This document shows, one piece after another, positions 47,365 through 57,629 of a stretch of DNA of 64,000 nucleotides. The position numbers and the translations under genes were made by a program. How positions within the stretch are numbered: the stretch's first letter is position 1; every line of letters starts with the position of its first letter. The notes under the pieces were generated by a model. The model worked only from the letters and a program-made list of their open reading frames with translations. It did not search any database and was not told where the DNA came from. The DNA comes from Abditibacterium sp. (GTDB lineage: Bacteria; Armatimonadota; Abditibacteriia; Abditibacteriales; Abditibacteriaceae): assembly GCA_965199495.1 (NCBI GenBank), contig CBDASK010000003.1:4064001-4128000 (forward strand), read 5' to 3'.

Positions 47365-50300
47365 TTATTCCAAACCACTGCCCAAAACTTTGACTTTCGC
47401 GCCCCCGATTTCGCCCTGCCACAGCGCGTGCGTGCAAAACTCGTGTCGCAGTTTTTGCCACAATTGCGCGTTTAAAAACGTCGTTTCATCGAGCGGCACC
47501 AAATCGAAAACCGATTTGGCCGCCACCAAAATCAGCTTCTCTTTGGCGCGACTGAGCGAGACGCACAAACGGCGCGGATCGAGCAAAAAGCCGCCGTTAT
47601 GCAGCAGATAAAGCGGGTCGCTTTCGGTCGCCGAAAACGCCATCACGCGGCGCTGGTCGCCCTGAAAGCGTTCGACGGTGTCCACTTTCCAACGCGCGTC
47701 GCCCAACAAGGCGCGTTGCGCGCGGTGCGGCACCACGATGCCCAATCCGTCTTTCACATCGAGCGCGTATAAGTCGGCTTGCGTGAGTTGCTCCAGAATC
47801 GGGCGCAGCACGTTGTTTTCGCTGCGGTTTTCCAAAATCGAGACGGCCTCGTCGTGAATAATCAAGACAATTGGATGGTCGGGCGCCAAAACTGCCGCGC
47901 TGAAGTCGTCGGCGTGGCTGCATATCGGCAAGACCTTGACTTTGTTCGAGTGGTAATGGATGCCGTCCTGCGCATAAATTGCCTCGCCCAGAAACTGCGC
48001 CATGCGCGCGTGCAAACGAAAGCTCTCCTCGAACGCGATTTTGACTGGATTGCGCGCTTCGACGGCGGCGTAAAGCGACTCGAACGCCGCCTGTCCCTCG
48101 AAGACGCGATGCGATTCGGAATCCCATTCGTGCTTGGTTATCGGCGGCATCTGACGCGGATCGCCCACGACGATCAAAGTCGAATCGCCCGCATGCGCGA
48201 CCGCCGCCAGACACGCCAGAGGCTGATTCATCTGCGACGCTTCGTCCACAATCAGCGCGTTGAAATAGCGCGCCTCCTGCTTTTTGTCGGCGTTCCAAAC
48301 CTTGCGCACGCCCATCGGCACCGCGCCCGCGATGCAATAATCGCTGCCCATCAGCGCCTCGCGCGGCCAAATCCAATCGCTGTTGTAAGCCTCGGCTTCC
48401 TTTTTGTCGCTCCACAGCGGGAACAGATAATCTTGTTCGATAAAATCGGTCGAGGTGCCCTGCAAGCGAAACAACGGCAATTCGAGCAAACGCGCATCGA
48501 AAAACTGCGCGAACAATTCCGGCTGATTTTCCCGCACTTCGCGCAATTTCTCCAACGCTTCGTGAACATCTTTGAGCGCGACGTTGACCGCGTTGTGCGT
48601 GTGCGCGCAAATCAAAGCGCGCCACGGAATCTGGGCCGCCATCGCGCCCTGTGCGCGTGCCAAAAGCGCGAACGCCGTCGCATAAGTTTTGCCGGTTCCC
48701 GGCGGGCCTTGAACCAACACTAAGAGCGCGCCGCCCCATGCGCCGATGTAGGCTTCTTTCGATGGCTCGAAGACGAAAACGTCTGTGCCCAACTGTTTCA
48801 AACCCGCCAAAAACTTCGCTTGCCCCGCAGCAGCCACGGCGGGCCAATTGGGCGCTGGGGCGTTGCCGCTCAGCAAATCATAGACGAAATTTGGCTCGCC
48901 CTGCGCGATTTTTTCGTGCTGCTTGAAGCACATCGAACCCGACCAATCGTTGGGATTCGGGTCGAGCGAATAGGTCTCGCCGTCCTCGAACGCGCAGTTG
49001 TCGCCGCCAAACGTGAAATTATGGCCGTCGCCGCCCATCGCGCTGTCGGGCTGCACTTCGAGCCAGCCGGCCTCGTTTTCGATATACGGCGCGCGCACAA
49101 CTTTCGCGTTTTTCGAGAAAATCAAAAGTTGCCGCACCGTCGGATGAAACATTGTGCGCTCGCTTTCGGGCAGACGCGAATCGAAGGTCTGGCGCTCGTG
49201 AATCCACACGAAATCGCCCTCGCGAAAAGTCGCGATTCCCAGCGCATCTTCGAGCGAACAATCGCAGCCCGTCGTCTCAATGCGCAGCTTAACGGCGATC
49301 TCGAAATCGATCAATTTACTGCTCATCTCATCGGGATATTTGACGCGCTTGTCGCTGGTCTTGCGATGTTCTTCTTTATAGGCCGCGCGCTTTTCCAGCA
49401 GTTCGCGGTTAAGCGCGTTTTGCGCGCGGGTTTCGTCGGTCTGGTCGGCTTCGACATAGCGCACGACCAGACTATCGCCCGAAAGCATCCGCCGTTCGGG
49501 CGGCGCGTGGCGCACGGATTTCCACTCGCTCAGTTCGGCCAATCGTTCCATCTGCAAAAAGGTTTGCAACGCGTCCACAAACGACGGCTCTTTCGCCTGA
49601 AAATCGAGCAGTTCGTTCAGTTCATAGGGTCGAATCGTGGTTTTGGTGTTGCCCCGAAACTTGCCCGCGATGTGCGCGATGGCATTCAAACGCCGCTCAC
49701 AAAACGCGGTCAAGTCGTCGGTTGTCACGTCGCGAAATCCGCGAAACGGTTCGTCGCGCCCACTCGGAACGGGCAGGGCGCCCCACGCGCCATACAAATA
49801 TTCGAGCGGAATCTGGCTGGTGAAGCGCGACCTCGCGGTAAACCATGTGGTTTCATCGTCCAAAGTGCTGCCGTCATCGAACAAGCCACGCCGGAAGCGT
49901 TTCATGGTTTCGGCGCCCCAATCGAAGCGAAGATAACGCGCTAAAATTTGCAGCGACGGCGAAAGTAACGGGAAATTTTTCAACTGGCGCGCCTCGGAAT
50001 CGAGCGTCGAAACCACGAACGAATCGCCCGATGGCAACTGTTTGAGAAAATCGAAAACTGGGGCGCACGCGATGAGCGTCACGAAATGACGGCCCAGTGC
50101 ATCGAGCCAAATGCGCTGCGTGGCGCGGTCGAAAAACGTGACGTGAATCGGCGCCTCGAAAGTCAAAACGCCGTCTTCGTCAATATACTCGGCATCGTTG
50201 GCCATTTGGGCCGCGATTTCTTGCGCCTGACCGAAAAACTGGCGAATCAGTTCGCGTTCGATTTCGGCGCTGTCGGGTGGCGCTGAGGCCAGTTGCACCA

Positions 50301-51630
50301 AATTGCGCTCGCTAACGGGCACGCCGTCGCGGTAAGCCACGAAGCGCGCGCCCAGATAGGTGGCGCGGTCGTTGACGAAATCCAGCCCGGCATCGAGATA
50401 AATCCGCACGATGTTGGCGTTAATTTCGGGCGTGACGTAGGGCAACGTGCCCTCGCCTCGCGACGGCATATAGCTCTTGAAGCCGGGCGTGCGCAGAAAC
50501 GCGTGCGCGCGATGAATCAGTTCATCCAAACGTGCGCCGACCTGCCGGTCGCCCGCCAAACGCGCGACTTTGAGTTCCTGCCCCGCGACGGTTTGCAGTT
50601 CGTTCCAGCCGCGCGGATCATCGGCATTGGCGGGCGTATCGCGCGGCGTTTTGAGTTGGGCCAAATCGGCAATATCGCCGATGCCGCCCGCTTTCAAGGC
50701 GCCTTTTTCGACCGAGGTGAGATAGGGCAGCAACGACAAATCGCGCGTTTGCGCCGACTCTTTCAGGCAAAATTCGGCGAAAACGCAGGTGTCACACTTT
50801 TTGGTCAGATGAAATTCGACCGCCCCAAAATCTTTGACCGCGATGGTTTTTGCCGTCGAATCTGGGTCGAAAACCAGCCGCTTCAAACTGTTGAGATAAG
50901 TGTGTTCGTCGTCGCACGCTTCAAAAAACCATTCGTCCAAACCCCAGACCTCGCGGGCGGCGTGGCTGTGTTTCTCCAACAGCTCGACCTGCTCGACCAA
51001 CAAGCCTTCGCGGTCGCCCGGCCCGCGATACAAAACACCAAACTTCAAGCTCGCAATCGGTTCATTGGCGCGCGCAAACAGCGCTTCAATCATGCGATAA
51101 TAAAACGCCAATTGCAACCGGTGTTCGACTTTGGCGCGCTGCGACGCCTTCATATCGGCGATGAGAAGGTGCAATCCGCCGTTTTCGTCGCGACTCAGCC
51201 GCAATAAATCAATCACGCCGCGCATCTGCCAACCGTCGAGTTCGGCGCCCAGCGTCACCTGCGTTTTGATGACGCACTGGCCAGCAGCCACGGCGCGCGC
51301 GGTCGCCAATAATCGTTGGTTGGCCCCGTCCAAACTCGCCAAACTGCCATCGTCCCGCGCCGTTTTATCGGTTGGCTCCAATCCCAAAGCCGCTTCGACT
51401 TGTTCCTCGAACTGGCCGCCCGAACTTGTCAACAACGGCGGAATCGTCTGGCGGCGTAGGCCCGACTCTTCGAGCCATTTCGCGTTGATATTGGTTGTAT
51501 GCAACCGCAATCGCAAAAAGCGTTCGCAACCTTCGAGGCGGCCAAAACCGCCGATGTCGGTCGGCGCCAACGTGCGCGGCGCGGCGAAATCGAGAACGGG
51601 GAAAGCGGAGTTGAGAGCGGACGAATTCAT
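47365..51630 (-). CDS. RecB/Cas4-like PD-(D/E)xK nuclease fused to a Dna2/Upf1-like SF1 helicase
   Basis: GVIDLL..DMKAS..QLAFY, C..CxxCxxxxxC; QGPPGTGKT, DEASQ, GDPRQMPP, TVERFQG, SLSRAK. Confidence 0.88.
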   Translation of the reverse strand: MNSSALNSAFPVLDFAAPRTLAPTDIGGFGRLEGCERFLRLRLHTTNINAKWLEESGLRRQTIPPLLTSSGGQFEEQVEAALGLEPTDKTARDDGSLASLDGANQRLLATARAVAAGQCVIKTQVTLGAELDGWQMRGVIDLLRLSRDENGGLHLLIADMKASQRAKVEHRLQLAFYYRMIEALFARANEPIASLKFGVLYRGPGDREGLLVEQVELLEKHSHAAREVWGLDEWFFEACDDEHTYLNSLKRLVFDPDSTAKTIAVKDFGAVEFHLTKKCDTCVFAEFCLKESAQTRDLSLLPYLTSVEKGALKAGGIGDIADLAQLKTPRDTPANADDPRGWNELQTVAGQELKVARLAGDRQVGARLDELIHRAHAFLRTPGFKSYMPSRGEGTLPYVTPEINANIVRIYLDAGLDFVNDRATYLGARFVAYRDGVPVSERNLVQLASAPPDSAEIERELIRQFFGQAQEIAAQMANDAEYIDEDGVLTFEAPIHVTFFDRATQRIWLDALGRHFVTLIACAPVFDFLKQLPSGDSFVVSTLDSEARQLKNFPLLSPSLQILARYLRFDWGAETMKRFRRGLFDDGSTLDDETTWFTARSRFTSQIPLEYLYGAWGALPVPSGRDEPFRGFRDVTTDDLTAFCERRLNAIAHIAGKFRGNTKTTIRPYELNELLDFQAKEPSFVDALQTFLQMERLAELSEWKSVRHAPPERRMLSGDSLVVRYVEADQTDETRAQNALNRELLEKRAAYKEEHRKTSDKRVKYPDEMSSKLIDFEIAVKLRIETTGCDCSLEDALGIATFREGDFVWIHERQTFDSRLPESERTMFHPTVRQLLIFSKNAKVVRAPYIENEAGWLEVQPDSAMGGDGHNFTFGGDNCAFEDGETYSLDPNPNDWSGSMCFKQHEKIAQGEPNFVYDLLSGNAPAPNWPAVAAAGQAKFLAGLKQLGTDVFVFEPSKEAYIGAWGGALLVLVQGPPGTGKTYATAFALLARAQGAMAAQIPWRALICAHTHNAVNVALKDVHEALEKLREVRENQPELFAQFFDARLLELPLFRLQGTSTDFIEQDYLFPLWSDKKEAEAYNSDWIWPREALMGSDYCIAGAVPMGVRKVWNADKKQEARYFNALIVDEASQMNQPLACLAAVAHAGDSTLIVVGDPRQMPPITKHEWDSESHRVFEGQAAFESLYAAVEARNPVKIAFEESFRLHARMAQFLGEAIYAQDGIHYHSNKVKVLPICSHADDFSAAVLAPDHPIVLIIHDEAVSILENRSENNVLRPILEQLTQADLYALDVKDGLGIVVPHRAQRALLGDARWKVDTVERFQGDQRRVMAFSATESDPLYLLHNGGFLLDPRRLCVSLSRAKEKLILVAAKSVFDLVPLDETTFLNAQLWQKLRHEFCTHALWQGEIGGAKVKVLGSGLE

Positions 51631-51697
51631 AAAAGCGCGCTTGGAAACGGCGCAATGAATTTTAATTTACTCTCAGCGATAACGCCATTGTGTCAAC

Positions 51698-51726
51698 AAA
51701 AAAGCCCCCGATTTCTCGGAGGCTTT
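51698..51726 (-). terminator. Intrinsic terminator after the tRNA
   Basis: Minus strand AAAGCCTCCGAGAAATCGGGGGCTTTTTT. Confidence 0.75.
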
Positions 51727-51737
51727 GGTTTTCTATT

Positions 51738-51811
51738 TGGGCCCACCTGGATTCGAACCAGAGACCTCTACATTATCAGTGTAGCGCTCTAACCAACTGA
51801 GCTATGGGCCC
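51738..51811 (-). tRNA. tRNA-Ile (GAT), CCA not encoded
   Basis: GGGCCCATAGCTCAGTTGGTTAGAGCGCTACACTGATAATGTAGAGGTCTCTGGTTCGAATCCAGGTGGGCCCA folds as a cloverleaf. Confidence 0.97.
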
Positions 51812-51858
51812 GACTTACGTCGTTCGTGCGAAAGAAAGCTCGCCAAACGCAAGAGGAA

Positions 51859-51887
51859 ATTCTACCCAATCTTCGCGGGTTTGACAA
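51859..51887 (-). promoter_or_regulatory. tRNA promoter
   Basis: Minus strand TTGTCA-N17-TAGAAT. Confidence 0.75.
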
Positions 51888-51907
51888 CCCCTTTAAACAA
51901 AAAATCT

Positions 51908-53038
51908 TTATTTGCTTTTGTCTCCCGCTTCGGTATTAGCCAATTTCTGTTGAAGCAAACCCAGAACCGCCGCCTCTTCGGGCTTCAATCCCGACAAATC
52001 GCCGCTCAGTTCTTCCTCGACTTTTTGCTGCAAACTTTCCAACATATCGCCGTCAAAATACGCCTCGATAACCGCCGGGTGGATATACGATTTGCGGCAC
52101 ACGGCGGGCGTGTTGCCCAATTTTTCGGCGACGGTTTTGACCGCCTCGACCACGTTTTGCGCGGCAGTGCCCTGATCAGAAAAATCCTCGAATTCCTGCA
52201 ACGCCAGACTGGCAGCCACGGTGCCCGCCCACGTCCGAAAATCCTTGGCGGTGAAATGATCGCCCGCGATTTCATGCAGATATTCGTTGACATCGCCCGA
52301 AGTGATGTTATGGATTTCGCCGTCTTCGTCCACAAATTGAAACAACGATTGGCCGGGCAAATCCTGCAACTGCTCGACGATGCGGGCGAGTTTGGCGTCT
52401 TTCAAGTCTATTTCGTGGTCTTTGTGGCTTTTGCCGGTGAACTCAAAATGCACGATTACACCCTCGACTTCGACGTGCCGGTTTTCTAAAGTCGTCAAAC
52501 CGTAAGTCTCGTTTTGGCGCGCATATTCTTCGTTGCCCACGCGAATCGCGGTTTTTTCCAGCAGTTGAATAATCGCCGCCAAAACTTTCTCGCGCGACAG
52601 TTTGCGCGCGCGCATATCGGTGCCAGTGCGCTCGCGAATCGCGGGCAACGCGTGGGCAAACGCGATGAGGCGCGTGAATTTCGCTTCGTCGCGAACCTCG
52701 CTCCAGCGCGGATGATAGCGGTATTGTTTGCGGCCTTTATCGTCCAAACCGGTGGCTTGGATATGGCCGTCGGGGTCGGGGCAAATCCACACATCCGAAT
52801 AAGCGGGCGGAATCGCGAGCGCGTTAATGCGCGCGCGAACTGTTTCGTCTTTGATAGTTTTGCCCTTGACATCTTTGTAAGAAAACCCTTTGCCCGCGCG
52901 CCGCCGCGTGATGCCGGGGCTGTCGTCGTGAACGTAGTTTAAACCGGCGCGTTCGGCGCTTTTTTCAGGGTCTTTTGAGTCTTCGAGCGAAGGCAAATCG
53001 GCGATGAGTTGCGAAGCGGATGCAGCGGTTTGAGACAT
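51908..53038 (-). CDS. Bacterial DNA topoisomerase IB
   Basis: IPPAYSDVWIC, GRKQYRYH, IRVGNEEY, FTGKS, FTAKDFRTW, LGNTPAVCRKSYIHP. Confidence 0.95.
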   Translation of the reverse strand: MSQTAASASQLIADLPSLEDSKDPEKSAERAGLNYVHDDSPGITRRRAGKGFSYKDVKGKTIKDETVRARINALAIPPAYSDVWICPDPDGHIQATGLDDKGRKQYRYHPRWSEVRDEAKFTRLIAFAHALPAIRERTGTDMRARKLSREKVLAAIIQLLEKTAIRVGNEEYARQNETYGLTTLENRHVEVEGVIVHFEFTGKSHKDHEIDLKDAKLARIVEQLQDLPGQSLFQFVDEDGEIHNITSGDVNEYLHEIAGDHFTAKDFRTWAGTVAASLALQEFEDFSDQGTAAQNVVEAVKTVAEKLGNTPAVCRKSYIHPAVIEAYFDGDMLESLQQKVEEELSGDLSGLKPEEAAVLGLLQQKLANTEAGDKSK

Positions 53039-53152
53039 AATTGGCGGACGCCAATTTCAGGCAAGTGAAGTGCCAGAGATAAATTCGATTTTAGTTTGGA
53101 TTATTGCGCGGGAAAAACCCAAGCAGTAATCCAAACTAACAATTTCGTCCGA

Positions 53153-55111
53153 CTAACTCATCGCTTTAGTTGCCGCCATTTCGGCGTCGCGCGCGATGCT
53201 GATTTGACGCGCCATTTCGCGCAAAGCCGCGCGGTCGCTTTCCGTCAGCGTCGCGCCGACGAGGGGCGCGATGGCGCTGGCGGCGTCCAGAGAATCGGCG
53301 CTTAACGCGAAGTTGGAAATCGCTACGTTTAGGTTGCCTTTGTTCTGGCGCGCGGCGACTTCGCAAAACGCGGCGGCGCGGCGGCGCTCTCGCGCCCAGT
53401 TGCGCGCGGGTTCGCCAAAAAACGCGACGACATTGCGCGCGCGCGGCGCGAAATCGCGCGGGATGGGCGTCGCCGTGGCTGTTGGCAGGGGCACAGCCAC
53501 GCCGTTGGCATCAACGGCGTTTTCTTCGGCGCGCGCGGGCGGCTCGGCGAAGCCGCCAAACGCGGTTGGATCGGGACTGTCGGCGATTCTCACCAACTCT
53601 CGCGCCAGATAATTCAGACCGGCGATATTGAGCGACACCGTGTCGTTGCCCTGACGATTCATCATCTGCGCGGCGCGGCGTAGCGTCCGCGAGTTCGCGT
53701 CGGATTGCTGGAGGCGCGGCAATTCCCAGATGAACTGCGGCGTCGAGTTGAGTTTGGGACTGGCGGGCACAACTGTCGCGCCGGGCGCGGGAGTGCCATT
53801 GGGCGTTTGCGAGGCGCTGAGTTGTTGCAGCGTGCGCGGTTTTTCGCCCGCGCCCAGAAAACTGAGCATCGTATAACTTTTGCCGAACTTGCTTTTGGCC
53901 TTCCACATTTGGACGAAACTTGCGACCGCGAGCGTATTGAACTGCGCGCCTTGATCTTGCAGATAAACCTCGCCGCGCTCGGAATCGTAACCCACGCACA
54001 GCATCCAACGGCCCTCGCCGCTGTTTTCGATGTAAAGCAATGGCTCGTGCGCCGAATCTATATCGTTTTGCAAGGCGCGCAACGCGTTCTCGGCTTTGTC
54101 ATAACCGGTCAGGCTGAAACGCAACCCCGCGTTGGCCACGATGTTGGCGAACTGATCGAACGAGGGCGCGACGACGCGGCCCGGATTTGTCGTATCAATG
54201 CCAACATAGAACGGCGCCAGACTCCAGCCACGGGTCACGGTCGTATCTACGCTCAGGCCGCGCGCGCCCAGCAGAATATCGAGCGCCTGCCACAAATCGC
54301 TGCCTTTGGTGGGCGCGCTCAGTCCATCGGTATCAATGAGCGGCGCGATGTCGAGCAAAACGCGGCGCACTGGACGGCGGCCCAACTGTTCGTTATAGGC
54401 CAATAATCCCAAACGCTCGCGCGCCTCGCCCGCCCACACCGATTTGGGATAGCGTCGCAACGTGGCGTCGTAGGCGCGCTGGGCTTTGTCGCGTTGCTTG
54501 AGCAACGTTTCGTAAAGCACGCCCAGATGAAACTGGGCTTCGGCGCCCGCCTCGCTGTTGTTGGGCCAGTTGGCGATGACGCTTTGCAACAGAGCCAGCG
54601 CGGTTACGCCATCGTTTTCATCGAGCGCGAGACGGCCCAGTTTGGTCGTCGCCATCGCGGCGGCATCGGAGCGGTCGGAATTGCGCTTGAGAATTTCCTG
54701 ATAAAAACGCCGCGCCGACGGGCCATCGCTCAAATCTTCGGCAGCGATTTGTCCGGCATCAAACAGGGCGGCGTTGCCCAATTTGTTGTCGGGATAATTC
54801 TGCGCTAATTTGGCGTAAGCGTCCATTGCGGCGCGCAGGTCGCCCGTATTTTTGTTGGCTCGCCCACGCGCCGAAAGCAGATCGCCCTCTTTGAGCAAAG
54901 CGCGCGGCGCGAGCGACGATTCGGGATGGCGATTGGCCACGAGCGCGTAGTGCCGCAGCGCGAGCGAAATTTGTCCGGCCTCTTCGAGCTGGCGCGCGCG
55001 GGAAAACAGGCTGGCCCCGGCGTCGGGCGCGATGAGAACGCGACCGATCAGAATCAGCGCGCACAATAACGCGACGGTGAGAAACCCGTTGAAAAGATGG
55101 CGAGGAGTCAT
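53153..55111 (-). CDS. Membrane-anchored TPR protein with C39-peptidase-like C-terminal domain
   Basis: TM helix, TPR repeats (..YP.S..A..A), and WMLCVGYD...VYLQD. Confidence 0.75.
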   Translation of the reverse strand: MTPRHLFNGFLTVALLCALILIGRVLIAPDAGASLFSRARQLEEAGQISLALRHYALVANRHPESSLAPRALLKEGDLLSARGRANKNTGDLRAAMDAYAKLAQNYPDNKLGNAALFDAGQIAAEDLSDGPSARRFYQEILKRNSDRSDAAAMATTKLGRLALDENDGVTALALLQSVIANWPNNSEAGAEAQFHLGVLYETLLKQRDKAQRAYDATLRRYPKSVWAGEARERLGLLAYNEQLGRRPVRRVLLDIAPLIDTDGLSAPTKGSDLWQALDILLGARGLSVDTTVTRGWSLAPFYVGIDTTNPGRVVAPSFDQFANIVANAGLRFSLTGYDKAENALRALQNDIDSAHEPLLYIENSGEGRWMLCVGYDSERGEVYLQDQGAQFNTLAVASFVQMWKAKSKFGKSYTMLSFLGAGEKPRTLQQLSASQTPNGTPAPGATVVPASPKLNSTPQFIWELPRLQQSDANSRTLRRAAQMMNRQGNDTVSLNIAGLNYLARELVRIADSPDPTAFGGFAEPPARAEENAVDANGVAVPLPTATATPIPRDFAPRARNVVAFFGEPARNWARERRRAAAFCEVAARQNKGNLNVAISNFALSADSLDAASAIAPLVGATLTESDRAALREMARQISIARDAEMAATKAMS

Positions 55112-55119
55112 GAGAAACA

Positions 55120-55236
55120 AATTTTATTTCACGCAGAGACGCAGAGAGAACAAAGAAACTAAAAAATTATGGCTCGAATGTTCTTCAAAAGTTTTAACGG
55201 CTTTGTCCTCTCTGCATCTCTGCGTGAAATAAAATT
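55120..55236. repeat. CGCAGAG-type inverted repeat (about 35-bp arms)
   Basis: ATTTTATTTCACGCAGAGACGCAGAGAGAACAAAG / CTTTGTCCTCTCTGCATCTCTGCGTGAAATAAAAT. Confidence 0.85.
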
Positions 55237-57043
55237 ATTTTAAATCTTTCTCCAGCCGATCTAACTCGCCCGCCAACTCAAACGGCAGATGTTCGCCGAA
55301 GATTTTATAAAATTCGCGAATCGAAGCCGCCTCGGTTTTCCACTTCTCGACATCAACGCGCGTCAATTCATCAATCGCGTCGGGCGATAAATCGAGGCCG
55401 CTCAAGTCTAAACTGCCGGGCGCGGGCACGCGGCCAATGGGCGTATCAACGGCGGCGGCTTTGTTGTTGGTGCGCTCGAAAATCCACTTCAAAACGCGCG
55501 CATTGTCGCCAAAGCCGGGCCACAAAAACTGGCCGTCATCGCCCTTGCGAAACCAGTTGACGGCGAACATTTTGGGCAAACGCGCGGGCGTTGTCGTCGA
55601 GGGAATATCGAGCCAATGCGCGAAATAATCGCCCATGTGATAGCCGCAAAACGGCAGCATCGCCATCGGGTCTCGTCGGATTTGGCCGACCGCGCCGCTC
55701 GCCGCCGCCGTCGTTTCACTCGCGATAGTCGAGCCGATAAACGTGCCATGCGTCCAATCGCGCGCTTCGGTGACGAGCGGAACCGTGGACGGGCGCCGAC
55801 CGCCAAACAGAATCGCCGAGATTGGCACGCCGCGCGGATCGTCGTAGGCCGGATCAATTGCCGGACATTGGTTGGCGCGCGCGGTAAATCGCGCGTTGGG
55901 ATGCGCCGCCGCCGTGCCGGTGGCTGGCGTCCAGTCTTTGCCGTGCCAGTCAATTAAATGTTCGGGCGGAGTTTTGGTCATGCCTTCCCACCACACGTCG
56001 CCATCGTCGGTGCGCGCCACGTTGGTAAAAATCGCGTCGTGCGCGAGGGTGTCCATCGCGTTGGGATTGGTGTCGTAAGAGGTGCCGGGCGCGACGCCGA
56101 AAAAGCCCCATTCGGGATTAATTGCATACAAACGCCCGTCGGCCTTGACGCGTAGCCACGCGATGTCGTCGCCGACGCACTCGACTTTCCAGCCGGGCAA
56201 AGTCGGCTGCAACATCGCCAGATTCGTTTTGCCGCACGCCGACGGGAAAGCCGCCACGAAATATTTCTTTTCGCCGAGCGGATTGGTGATGCCCAAAATC
56301 AGCATATGCTCGGCGAGCCAACCTTCGTCGCGCGCCATCACGCTGGCGACGCGCAGCGCGAAACATTTCTTGGCGAGCAGGGCATTGCCGCCGTAGCCCG
56401 AACCGAAACTCCAAATCTGGCGCTGTTCGGGAAAGTGCGAAATATAACGATTGTCGGGATTGCACGGCCAAGGCACATCTTTTTGGCCCGATTTTAGCGG
56501 CGCGCCCAGCGAATGAACGCAACGCACGAAATCATCTTTTTGACCTAAGGGTCGCAAAACGTCGTGGCCGCAACGCGTCGTCAGACGCATGGACAACGCG
56601 ACATAAGGCGAATCGGTAATCTCAACGCCGATGCGCGCGATGCGCGAATCGAGCGGGCCAAGACAAAACGGGATGACATACATGGTGCGCCCTTCCATGC
56701 AGCCGTCGAACAGGCGCAGCATCGTTTGTTTCATCTCGCGCGGGTCGCGCCAGTTGTTGGTCGGTCCGGCTTCGACGGGCCGTTTGGAACAGATAAAAGT
56801 TCTATCTTCGACACGAGCCACGTCGCGCGGGTCGGAGCGCGCCAGGAACGAATTGGGCCGCAGTTCAGGGTTGAGCGGCTCGATTGTTCCGGCCTCGACC
56901 ATTTGGTCGGCGAGCATTTGATATTCGTCGGCGGAGCCGTCGCACCAATGAATAGATTTGGGGCGGCAAAGCGCGACTTTGCCAGCGACCCAATCGAAGA
57001 GTGCCTCGTTATCGGAAAGTTCGAGCGGAAAAGGAATTTTCAT
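55235..57043 (-). CDS. pckG: Phosphoenolpyruvate carboxykinase (GTP)
   Basis: [50 protein letters not shown]. Confidence 0.96.
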   Translation of the reverse strand: MKIPFPLELSDNEALFDWVAGKVALCRPKSIHWCDGSADEYQMLADQMVEAGTIEPLNPELRPNSFLARSDPRDVARVEDRTFICSKRPVEAGPTNNWRDPREMKQTMLRLFDGCMEGRTMYVIPFCLGPLDSRIARIGVEITDSPYVALSMRLTTRCGHDVLRPLGQKDDFVRCVHSLGAPLKSGQKDVPWPCNPDNRYISHFPEQRQIWSFGSGYGGNALLAKKCFALRVASVMARDEGWLAEHMLILGITNPLGEKKYFVAAFPSACGKTNLAMLQPTLPGWKVECVGDDIAWLRVKADGRLYAINPEWGFFGVAPGTSYDTNPNAMDTLAHDAIFTNVARTDDGDVWWEGMTKTPPEHLIDWHGKDWTPATGTAAAHPNARFTARANQCPAIDPAYDDPRGVPISAILFGGRRPSTVPLVTEARDWTHGTFIGSTIASETTAAASGAVGQIRRDPMAMLPFCGYHMGDYFAHWLDIPSTTTPARLPKMFAVNWFRKGDDGQFLWPGFGDNARVLKWIFERTNNKAAAVDTPIGRVPAPGSLDLSGLDLSPDAIDELTRVDVEKWKTEAASIREFYKIFGEHLPFELAGELDRLEKDLK

Positions 57044-57071
57044 AATTCGTGCGCCAGAGTTTAGGCGATGA
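56962..57071. repeat. 110-bp direct repeat, copy A (pckG 5' end plus leader)
   Basis: Matches 58069-58178 with 6 mismatches. Confidence 0.92.
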
Positions 57072-57105
57072 GGGAATTGCAAGGCCGTAAACTGTGCCCA
57101 CAATT

Positions 57106-57366
57106 ATGCCAACTACTCCCGAAATTGATGTCGAATTGCAAACTCTGATTCAGAAGCACCTGCGCGGCGACGAGTGCATCGAGTTCGTGATGCACAACAC
57201 TCGCGATGAGACGGTGACTGCAATGGTTATTTCTCGCGAGATGAAGCAACAACTGGAGAAGATGCCAGCTTATATTCGGCGTAAAGCGGGTGGAGGCCGT
57301 AATTTGAGCTTTGAAATGCGAGAGGGCAAATGGTGTTTCACTGGACAAGGCTTTTGGATAAGGTAA
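57106..57366 (+). CDS. Small hypothetical protein
   Basis: ORF inside the repeat-bounded islet. Confidence 0.6.
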   Translation: MPTTPEIDVELQTLIQKHLRGDECIEFVMHNTRDETVTAMVISREMKQQLEKMPAYIRRKAGGGRNLSFEMREGKWCFTGQGFWIR

Positions 57367-57395
57367 AGTTAGTGAACTTACAGTAAAATCAAATT

Positions 57396-57629
57396 ATGCA
57401 AAAAGCCTACGAAGAAATCATCGAATTCATCGCGCGCGGCACCACGCCCGATAAAGTCGCCGCGTTTCGGCCTTCGGATGCGACCAAAGCGCGCGTCGGC
57501 GAACTTATCAGGCGCCACAAAAATGGCGGCTTAAATCCCGATGAAGCCGCCGAACTCGAGCATTTCCTACAACTCGAACATTTGATGCGGTTGGTGAAAG
57601 CGCGCGCGCACAAACACTTGGTCGCATGA
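57396..57629 (+). CDS. Small helical protein, putative antitoxin partner of the HNH nuclease
   Basis: TAAAAT 6 nt before the ATG (leaderless-like); ATGA overlap with the HNH gene. Confidence 0.75.
   Translation: MQKAYEEIIEFIARGTTPDKVAAFRPSDATKARVGELIRRHKNGGLNPDEAAELEHFLQLEHLMRLVKARAHKHLVA

Noticed and set aside
50700..51630. Cas4-like domain as evidence of CRISPR-Cas
   Set aside because: It is fused to a helicase, with no cas1/cas2 or array nearby.
47365..51811. Genomic island integrated at tRNA-Ile
   Set aside because: No integrase and no duplicated tRNA 3' end seen; the neighbouring gene has host-like composition and carries the host 9-mer.
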